Of a DNA stretch of 64,000 nt, positions 10,618-23,534 are shown piece by piece. The translations under genes were made by a program, and so were the position numbers. Each line of letters opens with the position of its first letter. Positions within the stretch are counted from its first letter, which is position 1. The notes under the pieces were generated by a model. That model had not been told where the DNA came from. It made no database searches and was given only the letters and a program-made list of their open reading frames with translations. The stretch is from NCBI GenBank assembly GCA_016618085.1, contig JABLTG010000023.1:1-64000 (forward strand). Reading direction: 5' to 3'. The stretch is from Neovahlkampfia damariscottae (lineage: Eukaryota).

Positions 10618-12111
10618 TTAAAATAAAAATATGAAAACAAAGCAAATCAGAGAATATGAAATGAAAAAGATGGTTTTTGAAGCTATTGAAGTGAACTTTG
10701 AATTAATAGGTGCGTTTGGAGAAATACTTGGTGAATTATTTGGATACTTTGAGGCAGTTGGTTTCATTTTTGATTCTTTTGGTGATACTATTGGAGACAT
10801 TTTTGGTGAATTATTTGGATAATTTGAAACAATTGCTCTCATTTGTGATACTTTTGGTGACTCTTTAGGTTGATTTGACGTTGAAGGCGTTAAAACTGGT
10901 GAGTTTGAAGCTTTAGGCGAAGATTGAGCAGATATTCGAGGTGAAATTGAAGGGATATACGATGTCTTCATAGGTGAAGCTTGAGGTGACACCTTTGGAG
11001 AAAAATAAGGATTTGGTGAAACTTTTGGTGAACTTTTTGGAGAAGCAATATTGGTACAAAGTTCCACCATTAAATCACTGAAATGAGTCACATTTTGCAT
11101 GTTTGAAGTTGTTGTTACAGATGGATAAGTTCCATTTCCTGTTTTGTTCATATCTGATTTAAATACATCAGAAAGAAGTTTTATAGTTTCGCATCTACAG
11201 TATCTTCTCTCAACACTGAAAACGTTCTGAATAAAGAATCCTCGAAACATGTTATAACTTTCAAAGAGTAAATCCTTCTTGTCATTTGGTATTTGAGTCT
11301 GAAGTTTAGAAAACTGGTACATGTAATTTGTTTTTCTTTCTTTTTCATTTTGAAAAAATAAACCTTCAGATACTCTGGAATTTTCAAATTCTATTAATTT
11401 CATATCCAGCAGAGGAAAACTACCTGGAGGTAAAAAACTTCCATTTCCATATAATTGCCCACATAATTCTTGAAATCCAACCATTGCATCTTTGTAATAT
11501 TGTATAGCTTTTACAGAAGACCATTCGACGAAATTATTTTCTTGTGTGAAATTCAATCCGTTATAATGAGAAGACCAATTGAAGTATTTCGTATCAAAAT
11601 CACCAAAACATGTGATTATTTGATCATAAGTGAATCCTTTTTCAAGCAATGTATCTGGATGCATTTTTCGGAGTTTTTCTACGTTTGGTTCTAGTTGAGC
11701 CATTTCTGGACATGTTGTGTTCAAAAACATAACATCTGAAGGAGATTTTGTAACGTTTTTAACAAGATCTCTGAACATTATTGAAGCAACATCAGTCCAG
11801 TCGTCAATTCCTGTGGAAAAAAGTCTTGTGAGACATGTCAAGTCATAGGTCCTTTGACTGATTATATCAGAATTGTAATAACTTGTCAAGTCAAAAGTCC
11901 GATTGTAAGTTGAATTTTTGAACTTAATTGGATCCAGATGAAGACATGACATTTTGCAAACAGATTTTGAGTGGCATGATTCTGGTGGACCAGGTTCAAA
12001 TGATCCTTCAAACAAATCCAATGTTTCTACGCTTTGACAACTAACAGCAGGTATATTCTGATAACTGTTTGAAACAAATGTGAAGAGAAACACAAACACC
12101 AAAAACTGCAT
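10618..12111 (-). CDS. Secreted/surface Cys-containing glycoprotein with SP-rich mucin-like stalk and hydrophobic C-terminus (GPI/TM anchor-like)
   Basis: Signal-like MQFLVFVFLFTFVSNSYQ, many NxS/T sites, repeated SPK/SPQ units, terminal hydrophobic stretch. Confidence 0.7.
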   Translation of the reverse strand: MQFLVFVFLFTFVSNSYQNIPAVSCQSVETLDLFEGSFEPGPPESCHSKSVCKMSCLHLDPIKFKNSTYNRTFDLTSYYNSDIISQRTYDLTCLTRLFSTGIDDWTDVASIMFRDLVKNVTKSPSDVMFLNTTCPEMAQLEPNVEKLRKMHPDTLLEKGFTYDQIITCFGDFDTKYFNWSSHYNGLNFTQENNFVEWSSVKAIQYYKDAMVGFQELCGQLYGNGSFLPPGSFPLLDMKLIEFENSRVSEGLFFQNEKERKTNYMYQFSKLQTQIPNDKKDLLFESYNMFRGFFIQNVFSVERRYCRCETIKLLSDVFKSDMNKTGNGTYPSVTTTSNMQNVTHFSDLMVELCTNIASPKSSPKVSPNPYFSPKVSPQASPMKTSYIPSISPRISAQSSPKASNSPVLTPSTSNQPKESPKVSQMRAIVSNYPNNSPKMSPIVSPKESKMKPTASKYPNNSPSISPNAPINSKFTSIASKTIFFISYSLICFVFIFLF

Positions 12112-12500
12112 TGAAAAAATAAAGTGATTGGTTGATGGATGTTGGCCAATAAAAACCACACAAGTTTTTGAGATTGTTTCCATTCATTTCTTTTGGTTCT
12201 GTAAAAAATAGGATATTCTAACTTTTCACTTTTCGAACCTTCCAATTAATCATGTTGACCATCAGTGATGCAATATCTCAATTATGGCTTCAAAATCGTG
12301 CTTTTGAAGAATAATTTCATTTGAATAAATTGACGACGATTAATTTGAATAAGTTTCATCTGGTTTGTCGTTCATTCAATCAAAAATATTCCTAAACGCA
12401 TACACAAATTGATAAACTGAATGAGGTGAATGTACAAAAAAAATAAATTGAACTCACTCCCAAAGTTGGAAAAAATATGTTGTTGATCAAAAAAGTGAAT

Positions 12501-14535
12501 TTATTCTGAAAGAATAAATAACAAAGTTTTTGTTAATTGTTTCATATTTTCTGTTAAATTTGTAGCAGTAAGCGATGTCAAAATTAAAAAAGTAGTTGAA
12601 TCTTTCATTGTAAGCCTTTCATTTTCTTTTTCAAATTTTTCAATCTCTTTAATATTCTTTTCTTTATCATTTGTGAGAAGAAATGATATCAAATTTTCAG
12701 TGGATTTCATTAATTTGGTCAAGTGATCAGCTGAAATTGAATGCTTTGATCTTTCTTCAATATGATTTCCTTCTTGTTCTAAATCATTTATAAATGAATC
12801 AAATAAATGAATTGATGGAGCAAATGTCTGATCAATTGCTAATTTATCAAGAACAAGATCAATACTTTTCAATTGTTGAAAAAAAATACTTTTTTGATTG
12901 ATTTCATGAAAATCATCATTTACTGAAGATCTTTTGCTTCTCTTTGATTTAGAAACTGACCGTGCAATTTTTTCACTTTTCTCAATTGCCTTCTTTTTAA
13001 ATACAATTCTTTTTTGAGCTTCATTATAACGATTTTTAATTTTATCATATGATTCATTCAATTCACTTGGTATTCCATTTGTTTTTTCGAAATTGAATGA
13101 TTTTAATTCATCTACTGATATTTTTTGATTCAAAAAGAAATTCATTAAACCTTCACCATAATGAACACCTGTATGAATTGCATTATTTGCTCCTTCAATG
13201 AATATCAACCCACAAGCAGCATCACCAACTAAAATGAATAATTTTTCATCTTGAATTTTCATTAATTCTTTGGAAAAGTAAATCTTCATTGGAATAGTTG
13301 TAATTTTCAAAGAATCATGATCAAAATTATCTAAACCAATTACATCAATCAAACCATTTTTTATCAATTTTCTTGTATCTGCTTCATAAGGTAATTGACG
13401 AATTCTATTGTATGGATTTGCAAAACCACCCATATTCCCTTTTGAATTCGTTTTTGAAGTCATTGCATCAAAAACATCTTTTTGAACTAAAATATGAAGA
13501 GTTGCTGTACCATCTTTTGCTTTATTCCACACATGAACTTTTCCAGTTGTGATCAATGGTTTAACCACTTTTGAAGTTAATTTTCAATTTAAACACTTAC
13601 TATGATCAACTGTTTCAGTAACAAATTCAGAAGCTTCAATTGAGCTGTTCAGGGAACTACCAATTGAACTCACTTTCTTTTTCTTTGAACTGTTATAAGC
13701 ATCTTCATCATTGTCATTTGAAATATTGGTCGTTTGATCATTCGGTTTCACATGAAGTTTAATTTCAATTAAATATTGAATAACTGTTTCTTCCGGAAAT
13801 TCATCACCAATGATAAATTTTCTGATACTACTGTGACTCCCTTCAGCACTGAAAATGATTGATGAATTTTTGATAATTTTTTTAACTTCTGAAGTATCCA
13901 AATATTCCTTATCAACCATTTCCTCTTTTTTTTCCTCATGAAATTCTTGATTTTCAATATAAATTATTTCTTCAAGTGACTTTTCATTTTTTTCTTCAAT
14001 TGATTCTTTTTGTTCTTCTTTGGTGTTTAAATGTTCAAATTTGAATTCATATTGTTTTCCTTGCTTTAATTCAACTTTATTTTCATCCAGTTTTAAATCT
14101 TTTTGATTGCTTTCTCCAATTTTGACCGCGTAACTTTGTAATAAATTGGAAATTTTTTTGGTTGAAATAAAAGGACCTAAAAAGCCAGGAGCATCAAGAA
14201 AATTCTTTTTTAAGAATTCTTTTGTCTTCTTGATATTTGTAAGAACTTTTTGATAATACAGTTTTTCTTCTTTGTTTTCAATGGATCCAGTCATAATATC
14301 AACTTTTTTGAATATGGATTCGAGTATATTTTGAATACTTTCTACAGTACTGTGCCATATTCTGAGTCCATGGTTTCTAATGTGCTCCTTTCTTTTTTCA
14401 AGTAGAAAAATTTTTTTGATTGGAAATAAAGTGGCAAGAATTACTGCTTGCATAGCTCCAGCGGGTCCAGAACCAACTATATAATATTTCAGTTTTCAAA
14501 ATAGTTAAACCAATGGTCCAGTAATTTTCTGTCAT
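12501..14535 (-). CDS. FAD-dependent oxidoreductase/monooxygenase-like protein
   Basis: Intron 14477-14510 creates TIVGSGPAG (GxGxxG). SAEG and LVGDAA motifs present; second intron ~13568-13600. Confidence 0.7.
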
Positions 14536-14606
14536 TTTTATTTTTTTTAAATTGTTGTGATTGGATTATTAATTATGTCCAATCAAATCAAAACCAACAA
14601 CCAACA

Positions 14607-15258
14607 ATGAAGGTTTGGTATTCGTCAATATTTTTGGTATTTTTTATATTCATCCAATTTGCAACTGCAGATAACAGAATTTGGATGAAACATGTGGTTA
14701 AAAGGACTATTACTGAGAGAAAACATTTTGCTCGCTCTGTAACTTTCCCAGGTATTGACGCTTTTAAAGGAAAAGTAGATTGTTATCCAAGATGTGATGC
14801 TTATTTAATGATCAAAGAAGAATACGAAAAAGTTTGAAAAAAAAAAATTGAAACAAAAAGTTTAAAGAAGGAAGTGCTTTCACTTTTGTTCAAGGACTTA
14901 AAAATTTCAGAATCAATACATGGAGGATTGTTGAAGATCCTGATATTTTTGAAAAAGATCTGTATCTTGTGATACATAATCCTTCAGGAAGCAAAATTGA
15001 TACTACAGCTGAAATTGAACAAACACCTCCAGTGGACGGTGGAATGGGTAAATCTTTGATTAATTTAAATATCAATCAGTGAGTATTATTATTATAGCTG
15101 TTAGTATCGCAATTGTTGCTCCTCTTATTATTTGTTTCTTTTGTATTATTGCTTGTGCTGGATTTTGCATCACTTGTAGTGCTTGTTTTCTTCTGTTGAG
15201 TGGAAATCCAACTTTAGAGAGCACATACCCTTACGGTCATTATGAAACAATTGAATAG
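14607..15258 (+). CDS. Hypothetical single-pass type I membrane protein
   Basis: Signal peptide, two introns (~14832-14860, ~15048-15079), Cys-rich hydrophobic segment, TAG at 15256-15258. Confidence 0.65.
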
Positions 15259-15435
15259 AAATTATCAAATAAAAAAAAAAGTATCTCATTTTCCTCATTT
15301 ATTATTTATCACAATGTGGAATTAAAAACTACTGAAGAAACTGAATCTTGTTGAAGTGGTTTTTCACACCATTTTTGGAAATTTCATTTGCCCATTTGAG
15401 TATATTTTTTTCTTGTAATTGCAATTGGACATTCA

Positions 15436-18400
15436 ATGTCTTCTGTTGCTTCGACTGAGGTTTCTTTGGTGTCCACGTTTTCAAATCAAGACCTTCAGTT
15501 CAACCTTTTGGATGCCAAACTACAAAGAGGTTGTTATGCGTTGAATTCAAAACTTCCGGCTCCAATTTTTTTTTCATTTTTCATTTTAATTTTAAATTTA
15601 CTTCAAACAGCGTTCATGAGCTTTAGTCACTGGAACCATTATGGATATTACACAACATTAATTTCGACACTGCTGACAAAACCATTGTTTATTTTTTCAG
15701 ACTCAAGTTATTCGTCGTTTTTAGTAATATTGATAATAACATTTGTTTATATTAATTTTAATGTTATTATATTTATTTGGGTCATTCAAAAGGAAGATTT
15801 ATCCACAGAGTTTTTTTTGAAACTCACAGCAACAAAACTTTTTGTCACAACTCACTTGTTTTTTGTTCCAGTTTTGAATATATTCTTATCTGCATTTGAA
15901 TGTAATTATACAACAGGTGATCATTTGTATTTTAAAGGTCGAGATTGCGTTGTCTTTCCAAATGATTTAGCGATGACAGTATCAACTTTTGGCATGTTTT
16001 CATTGATTGGAATTAGTTTTTATTCCCAATTTTAGTAATATTTTTAATATTTATTTAATATATAGTGTTTTGGATCGTTTAGTTGTTGGAAATTTTTTCT
16101 CCTCGAGTGATGGTAGATTTTTTGTAATGATCATGGGTTATCAAGTTTGTATTACATTTTTGAATGTCATACCAATGAAATTTGTATGCCTAATCCTTGC
16201 TATTTTATTGTCATTTTTTATGATTTTTTGGGTGTTGAGGTTTTTACCATTTTACAGTCATTTTGTCAATTTTTGTTATGGAATTACTTTTTGTATAAAT
16301 GTAGGATTTTCAATGACCAATATTGTTTCAAATTATTCACATATGAGTGATTATTCTTTGTTGTATTTGTTTTCAATATTACCATTGAATTCCATTTTTA
16401 CACTTTTATTTTTTGTTCGGTTGTATTTGTTGAGTTATTCAATCAAGGGAATAGAACAAGTTTCATCAAAAACCAAGAAGCATTTTTGCAGTTATTTTTT
16501 CACATCAGCAGTTGATACTGATGTCCAGGCTCGTTTTGCACACACACTAGGTGAACATACAAAAGCAGAAATGATTTACAAAAATGGAATCAAAATGAAT
16601 CCTTACAGCTCAAGATACAAGATATTTTACATTCTATATTTACTAGAAAACGAAAAATTAGATCATGAATACCTCAAAAAGCTGAATAATCTCACACGAG
16701 AATTAAAGTCCAAAAAAAAAGGTTGCAAAATAGAGTTACATGATACAAAATATTTGATTCAAGTTTGTTCTCAAAAGAGATTGGAATTATCATTAAAACA
16801 TAATATTGGACCATCAAACAGTTTGACTGTTTTGAGTCTTAGAAGAGCAAAGAAATCAAAAAAAAATTATTTATACTGGAGTTGGGAATTTTGGAAGATA
16901 ATTGAATCAGGAAATTTTGCTTATTACAAATTGATGGCCATATTATCTTCCATGGAGCATTATGAAAAGAAATGTGATTCCATCTATGAATCATTGTTGC
17001 TTGATTATCCAAAAAATATTTCGGTTCTAAGGGCTTATGGTGAATATCTAGAAACAGTGAAAAATGATTTTAGAAGAGCAACAGGTATGTTTGAAGAAGC
17101 AAATAAATTAGAAGACTCCCACACAGATTTTGGTGTTAAAGAGGTTGATTATTCTTTTATAGATTTGATTAAAAGGAAATGGAATCGAAAACATGAAGAA
17201 AAAGTGGAAAAAGTAGTTGAATTGATGGAAGAAATTGGATCTACAGATAATAGTGCTGATGAAACAACAGAAGAAAAATTGGAAGTTCCTTCTGCTCTTT
17301 TATTACAAAACTTTAAAAAGTTTCAGAAGGTCCAAAATGATAGTGACAGTGATGAAACTGCTTCTGAGCTTCCTACTGATGAAACATCTACACTGATCAA
17401 AACTCAAGAAGATGCCCAGATGAATTTACTATTTGAAGAAATGGAAGGAACCACAAAAAGCTTGACAAAAACAGAAAAAAATTATTATGAATATTCAAAG
17501 AAATCAATTTCAAACGAATTGCCAACAGCATTTTGGATATTCTCATCCATTTTATCACTTCTATTTTTAATTTTTTTATTGATTATTTCAGTATCCTATT
17601 TTTCAATGAATACCAAATTGAATGATATCAAAAATTTAACACCAACATTAAATAGTGCTGGAAAATGTAGATTGGATTCCATATCACTTGCGTATTATTC
17701 AAGGATGCTTGAAGTGCACCCAAAAAACACAACAAACTTTCGAGAAAAAATGATAAAACATAATCATCATTTCACAGAAATAACTACATTACTTTATGAA
17801 CAAACTCTCAGGAAGTCATTGGTTTATCCTCTGTGGAATAATCAAAAGTTATTGACTTTAAAACATTTGACACTTCCGCCAGAAAATGTAAATTTATTCG
17901 ATGCTCATTATCTAATGCTCTCTGCAACAAAAAAATTATTAAATTTAACTCAATATCAGAAGCCTGATGACGATGCATTTTATTTTGTGAATATGAATGG
18001 TTTGAATACATATGTCAATGGATATACAAAATTGATTGAAGCTGTCAAAATGGATAAAGCACATGAACATCAGTCACTTTTTTTATTCTTTGGGATCTTA
18101 TTTATTATTTTCATCATTTTTTCTTTAATTTTGTTAATTTTTATTCCATCTTTGTATTGGATCGAAAAAAATAATTTGAAACTATTTTATGAAGGAAAAA
18201 AAGAAGAAATTACAAGAATTCTTGAAAAATACAAAAAAATGTTTGAAAGAAGTCAAGAGAATCCAGATGAAAAAGAAGTAGTAAAATATAAAACACCAGT
18301 ACTCGTTATTCTAATCAGAAATTCAATCTGCATTTTATTATTCGGTATTTTATTGTTGACTGCATTTCTTATTCTATTTTTGATTACACAATCAATATTT

Positions 18401-20095
18401 TTTGAAACTGTTCAAAATGTTGATTTTTCAGGAAGAAGACGTTATTTAACACTTGCAATTAAATTAAGAACTCTTGAATTTTCTGCAAACAACACATTTT
18501 ACACACCAGAAGAAAATAAAAAAATCATAAGAGAATATTTGATCACCTTACTTGAATATGATCAAGGTTTGAAAAAAGGAAATGAAAAATATGATTTAAA
18601 AGGAAGTGATGGAAGGAAAAGAGAATTAGATGAATTATATTATCATTCTAGATGTAGAAAACCAAAAACAGATCTTCAAGATGACAATTTTAATTGTATG
18701 TCATTAACCAAATTAACTGAAAATTTGGAAATCAATATCAACAGAATATTAAGTGGTAATTTAACCATGTTAAATGAAACAATGGAAATCATTGATACAA
18801 TGTTACCTTTATGGGAAGAAGCTGTTTTTTGGTACAGCAAACAATATTCTAGTCTTGTTGAAGCTCTAAGTACATTTAATCAGATTGTTTACATTATGGG
18901 TATATCATTATTCATTTTCTTGTCATTCTTCTTGATGTCTTTTGCACCATTTTCATTGAAAAATCAAATTTTAAGAACAAAATCAATGCTTTTAGATTTT
19001 TCAATTCAACAAATTTTTTCATCAAAAGATATTGAAAAACATATTCATGGAACGAATATCAACAAATCATATGATTTAGGCACAAGATATCATCGTTTAT
19101 TAAACAAACATATTGATACAATTATTGAATTTTCAGATTCACTTTTAATTGATTATGCAAATTCAAGTGCTTCTTCTTTCTTAAATCTTCCATTTGGAGT
19201 TTTAGTAGGATACAATTTGGATAAGATATTCAAGCAATCAACTATGACTGATATTGAAAATTTCATGAAATCTGATGAAATGAAATATTCAGCAGAAGTA
19301 GTTCTAGCACCTCCATTAAATAAGAAAATCAAGTTGTTAATCATGAAGCTACCATCTGGTCATTTAAATGAGTACCTCGCAATTATGCATGATTTAACTA
19401 AAATTGAAAATCAAAAAAAAATGATAGACCAAGTTGTTGGAAAATCAAAAGAAATTTATTTCAACACATTTCCAAAAGAAATTGCCGAAAGAAAAATGGA
19501 AAACCCTGATGAATTTATTGGTCAATATTATGATGATTCAACCATTTTGATTTGTGATATTTTGAATTATGATGAATTATTTCAGAAATTCAAGGAACAT
19601 GATTTTTTTACTTTGATGAATGAAATTCATGAAATTTATGTTAATTTAACTGAAAAACATAAAATTGAATTGTTAAAAACAGGAAGTACATTTATAGTTG
19701 TTTCAGGAGTTCCAAGAGTTTATGTTGATCATGCTTTTGTTCTTTTGGATTTTGCTATTGAATTGAAGGATATAATCGATCAATTCAGTGATAAATATGG
19801 TGAAGAAATTGAAATGAGATATGGAATTAACTCAGGTCCTATAATAGGAGGTGTTATTGGTACAAAGAAATTTTGTTTTGATATTTTTGGTGAAACATTA
19901 AAAGAAACATTTTTATTAAAGAATGCTTGTATTCCATCAACTTCAAGTAATATTATGGTTTCAGAAACAACAAGGGATATTACAAATTTCTCTGAAGAGT
20001 ATTATGAATTTAGGAAAAATGAAAATGAAATTGAAAACCTGAAACAACATAGTTACGTTCTATTGTGCAGAAAAAAGAAGAAAATTTTGTCTTGA
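15436..20095 (+). CDS. Multi-TM, TPR-like and PAS-containing class III adenylate/guanylate cyclase-like protein (degenerate catalytic motifs)
   Basis: One intron at ~16035-16065. VLRAYGEYLETVKND TmcB/C-like repeat, SGRRR motif, PAS-like YANSSA, MRYGINSGPIIGGVIGTKKFCFDIFG. Confidence 0.85.
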
Positions 20096-20160
20096 GACAA
20101 TAAAAATATTTTTTATTTTGTAGATTTGTTTGTAACTTTTTTATTGGTTCAATCAATTTG

Positions 20161-21338
20161 ATGATTTTTGATGAAGTTTTGTGTATTAATGTTGGTGGAA
20201 AATTATTTGAATGCAAAAAACAAACGTTAACAAAATACAAAAAATCTATTTTTCCACTATTGCTCCAATACCAAGAACATTTTAAAGACAAAAAAGAATT
20301 AATTTTTATTGATAGACCACCAAACATTTTTGAATACATTTTGAACCATTTAAGAACAAATAGAGAATATATTTATGAAAATAAAATATTCAGTCATGAA
20401 AAACTGAGATCAGAACTTGATTTTTATGGCCTAAACAATCATTTAAAAATTATGAAAAAAACAATGAAACAAGAGGGTTCGAACCCAATACCAGAAAAAA
20501 AGAAAATCATCTTTCTCAGTTTCATCTCAAATTTTAATTATTTTCATATTGAAGAGTTTATTTTAGGTTCAACTTGGACTCTATTAGTTGTTTTTTGGTT
20601 GTTAAAAACAATCTATTTAATTGGTGGAATCATCCCAGTTGAGCGTATGTATATAATTTTCTGGCCAATTTATTTCATGTTTTTTGAAGCACTCATACTA
20701 ACTTTTATACATATGATCAAAGATATTATTCAATTCAAATCTGGGTATTCCTATTTTGTCAATTTTTCAGTCATCATCATTTTATGGATTTACGTTTATT
20801 TATCATTTACTAATACATATAACTATATCAACAACCTGACATTCAATTCTTGGTTTTGGTATTTGTCAATTCCAATTTCAATTGATCTCTTATTTTGTTT
20901 GTATTCTATCAATAAAATGGTCAGAATCAATGGAATTTTGGATATTTTTTCAACAATGGAAAGTTTATTGATTCATTTTGGTCCTATTAATATTTTAATG
21001 AATTTGGTTTCGTTAACTTTGTATTTGGATGGATACGGGATTTCTAACTTTTGGATTAAAATACCTGCATCAATTCATAGTTTATTTGGTTCATTATTTT
21101 CATTTAAAACGGCACATGAATGTGTAGGTAAGCAATATGTTATTTTTTTAATTTGAATTTTTATGTTAAAGATTGGCAAGGGAAATTAATTTTTAGTTTG
21201 ATTGGTGTATTTTTGATTTTATCATCATGGACATTAATTGGATTATATTTAGAGTTAAATGCAATATATTCATTTGGACCTCTGGATTTATGGTTTTTCT
21301 TTTCCATTTTCATGTACCAAACCAGAATTTTTGAATAA
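20161..21338 (+). CDS. KCTD/T1-type BTB domain fused to a multi-pass membrane region
   Basis: INVGGKLF, FIDRPPNIFEYILNHLR, ELDFYGL, followed by about 8 hydrophobic segments. Intron ~21130-21171. Confidence 0.75.
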
Positions 21339-21465
21339 TATAAAAATCAAAGAGAGTTGATCAATTTTGACGGTGAATTTGTCATTAGTGCTTTTTATAC
21401 TTTATAAATATTTCCATTTAGGTTTAACATAAATTTTTGAATTCAAATATTTTGTACCAATCACA

Positions 21466-22026
21466 TCAAGACTCGAAATGAAAATTCAAATCAAAAAGTT
21501 TTCTTTTTTGATAAATTGGAAATATATAATTATCAAAATTCCCCAAAATATAATAAATTCCTGTGTCAAATGACCAATCAACACTAAATCCAGTTTTACA
21601 ACTCACTGAGAAATATTTCACAATTTTTGGATGGTCATCAATAAAATTCTGAATCACATATTCATTAATACTTGTAGTCAAATCATATTTGGTACCTATT
21701 AAAATGCATTTACATGTTGGTTTTAATTTCTTCATGAGTGTTGTAAGTGTTTGAAGTGTTTCCATTCTTGTGAGGTCAAAAAATAAAAATAGTGCTTCTG
21801 AGTTTCTAAAATACATTGAAAGGAGTGAATGATACTTTTTGTTTCCTGCTGTATCCCAAATTTGAATTCGAAGGTTTCCATGAACTTTTCTATTTACAGA
21901 GGAGAACATTGCTCCTATTGTTGGTGAAACATCTTTTTGAATTGTTTTATTTTTCAAATGTTCTGTGTAACTAGTTTTACCTGTTCCATCTAATCCGATG
22001 AATAATACTTTCAACACTTTGCTCAT
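21466..22026 (-). CDS. Rab-like small GTPase lacking prenylation cysteines
   Basis: GLDGTGKT, PTIG, IWDTAG, TKYD, SCK. Confidence 0.85.
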   Translation of the reverse strand: MSKVLKVLFIGLDGTGKTSYTEHLKNKTIQKDVSPTIGAMFSSVNRKVHGNLRIQIWDTAGNKKYHSLLSMYFRNSEALFLFFDLTRMETLQTLTTLMKKLKPTCKCILIGTKYDLTTSINEYVIQNFIDDHPKIVKYFSVSCKTGFSVDWSFDTGIYYILGNFDNYIFPIYQKRKLFDLNFHFES

Positions 22027-22067
22027 TCTAACCTCTCTATTTGATTGGACGAAATGAATTGAAGATT

Positions 22068-23346
22068 CTATTTTGAAAAACTTGTATTGATATGATTAAT
22101 TACAATTTCTCCATCTAATTTTTCGTACTTTGGAATTTTTGAAGCGAGTTTTGGATCTAGATCTACAAGTCCTATATTATAGCTTTTGAAGGACTTTGGG
22201 AAAGAAATCATGACAGAACAGTCTTTGAATGTATGAGATATGAGATACTCTCTTAATATTTGAACAATCTTTTCTTTGTTTTTCTTCAGTTCCTCAAACT
22301 CAGATTCAAATTTTTTGTTCAAATTGAAAGATACAATATTATCATTTCCACAATGAAATTCTTTCGGATATTTGTTTTTCAACTTTTCTTTGATGACATT
22401 AACCCACATTTCATCTATCTGATCTTCAAAAACACATGAAATCTCTTCACAATAATTTTCATATATTTTATGAACGAATTCAATGTCATACTCATCTAAA
22501 AATTGAATTTTCTGAATTTCTTGTAAAATTTGAGTTTCTTTCAAAATATTAATCAATTTTTCAATTATTATTTTTTTGTCAATGTGATCTTCTATTTTCA
22601 ATGTTGGAATCTCATGGTTGTTCACAAAGAATCTAAAATTATTTTGAGGGTTTTCAATTAAACCAGATATAGCTTTCCACATTCTATCATATTTATTTGA
22701 GAATAAATCAATTGGGCAATAGTCACTAATTCTTTCGATATCATTCTTGATTTTAGATTTTTGGTTATTTACTTGTTTTAATTTCAAAAATTGATGCATA
22801 CAGTATCTACAATATTGATATTTGTGTGGTTTAAAATCATCTCTTATATATTTGGATTCACATAAAATGCCCCATTTTGGTTTAATTTCAACAGAAAAAA
22901 CATCTTCATTTTCACAATCCACAAAAGTCAAATCTGACAAAATGATGGCAAATTTTGAATTTTCATCCAACTTTTTGAATCTCCTATGGAAAGGTCTTTG
23001 TTCTAATATCTTGTTGTCCAATTTCTCTATAAACTCTGAGTCTATTTCAACCAATAACTTTTGGGTATGAAAAAAAACAAAGAATTTACGCCTTTGACAA
23101 TAAATTTTGGATCTATTATTTTTGAAATTACTTTTTCTAAATATTCGCTCACATGTAACTTCCTTTCTGAATTTTTTTGTTTTTTAGTTTTTTCAATTTT
23201 TGTTAAACGCATAACTTTGTGTTTCTATCAAATTGAGAAAAAATAAACAAAATATTTACAAATTTTTCTTCATTTCCTGTGTATCCTACCACAACATTTT
23301 GAGCTCCTTCGCCTCTATAATCCCACTCTTCAATGTTAAAGCTCAT
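22068..23346 (-). CDS. IPK1: Inositol-pentakisphosphate 2-kinase
   Basis: WDYRGEGAQNVV, VEIKPKWG, CRYCMHQ, YCPIDLFS, PQNNFRFF, KDCSVMI, VDLDPK. At least two introns. Confidence 0.9.
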
Positions 23347-23534
23347 GTTGATTGGTTGGAAAATTATTATCCAATAGTCAGTCTCCAGCATTAGAACAAA
23401 TTTACTTCCAATATTTCGGTTTTACCATGATAAAAACTAGGTGATTTCATCTATTTAGCATAGAATTTAATTTTCCACCAGAAATTAAATGTTGACTCTC
23501 TTTGCTCCATATGACAAAATTGATTTTATGTTTT

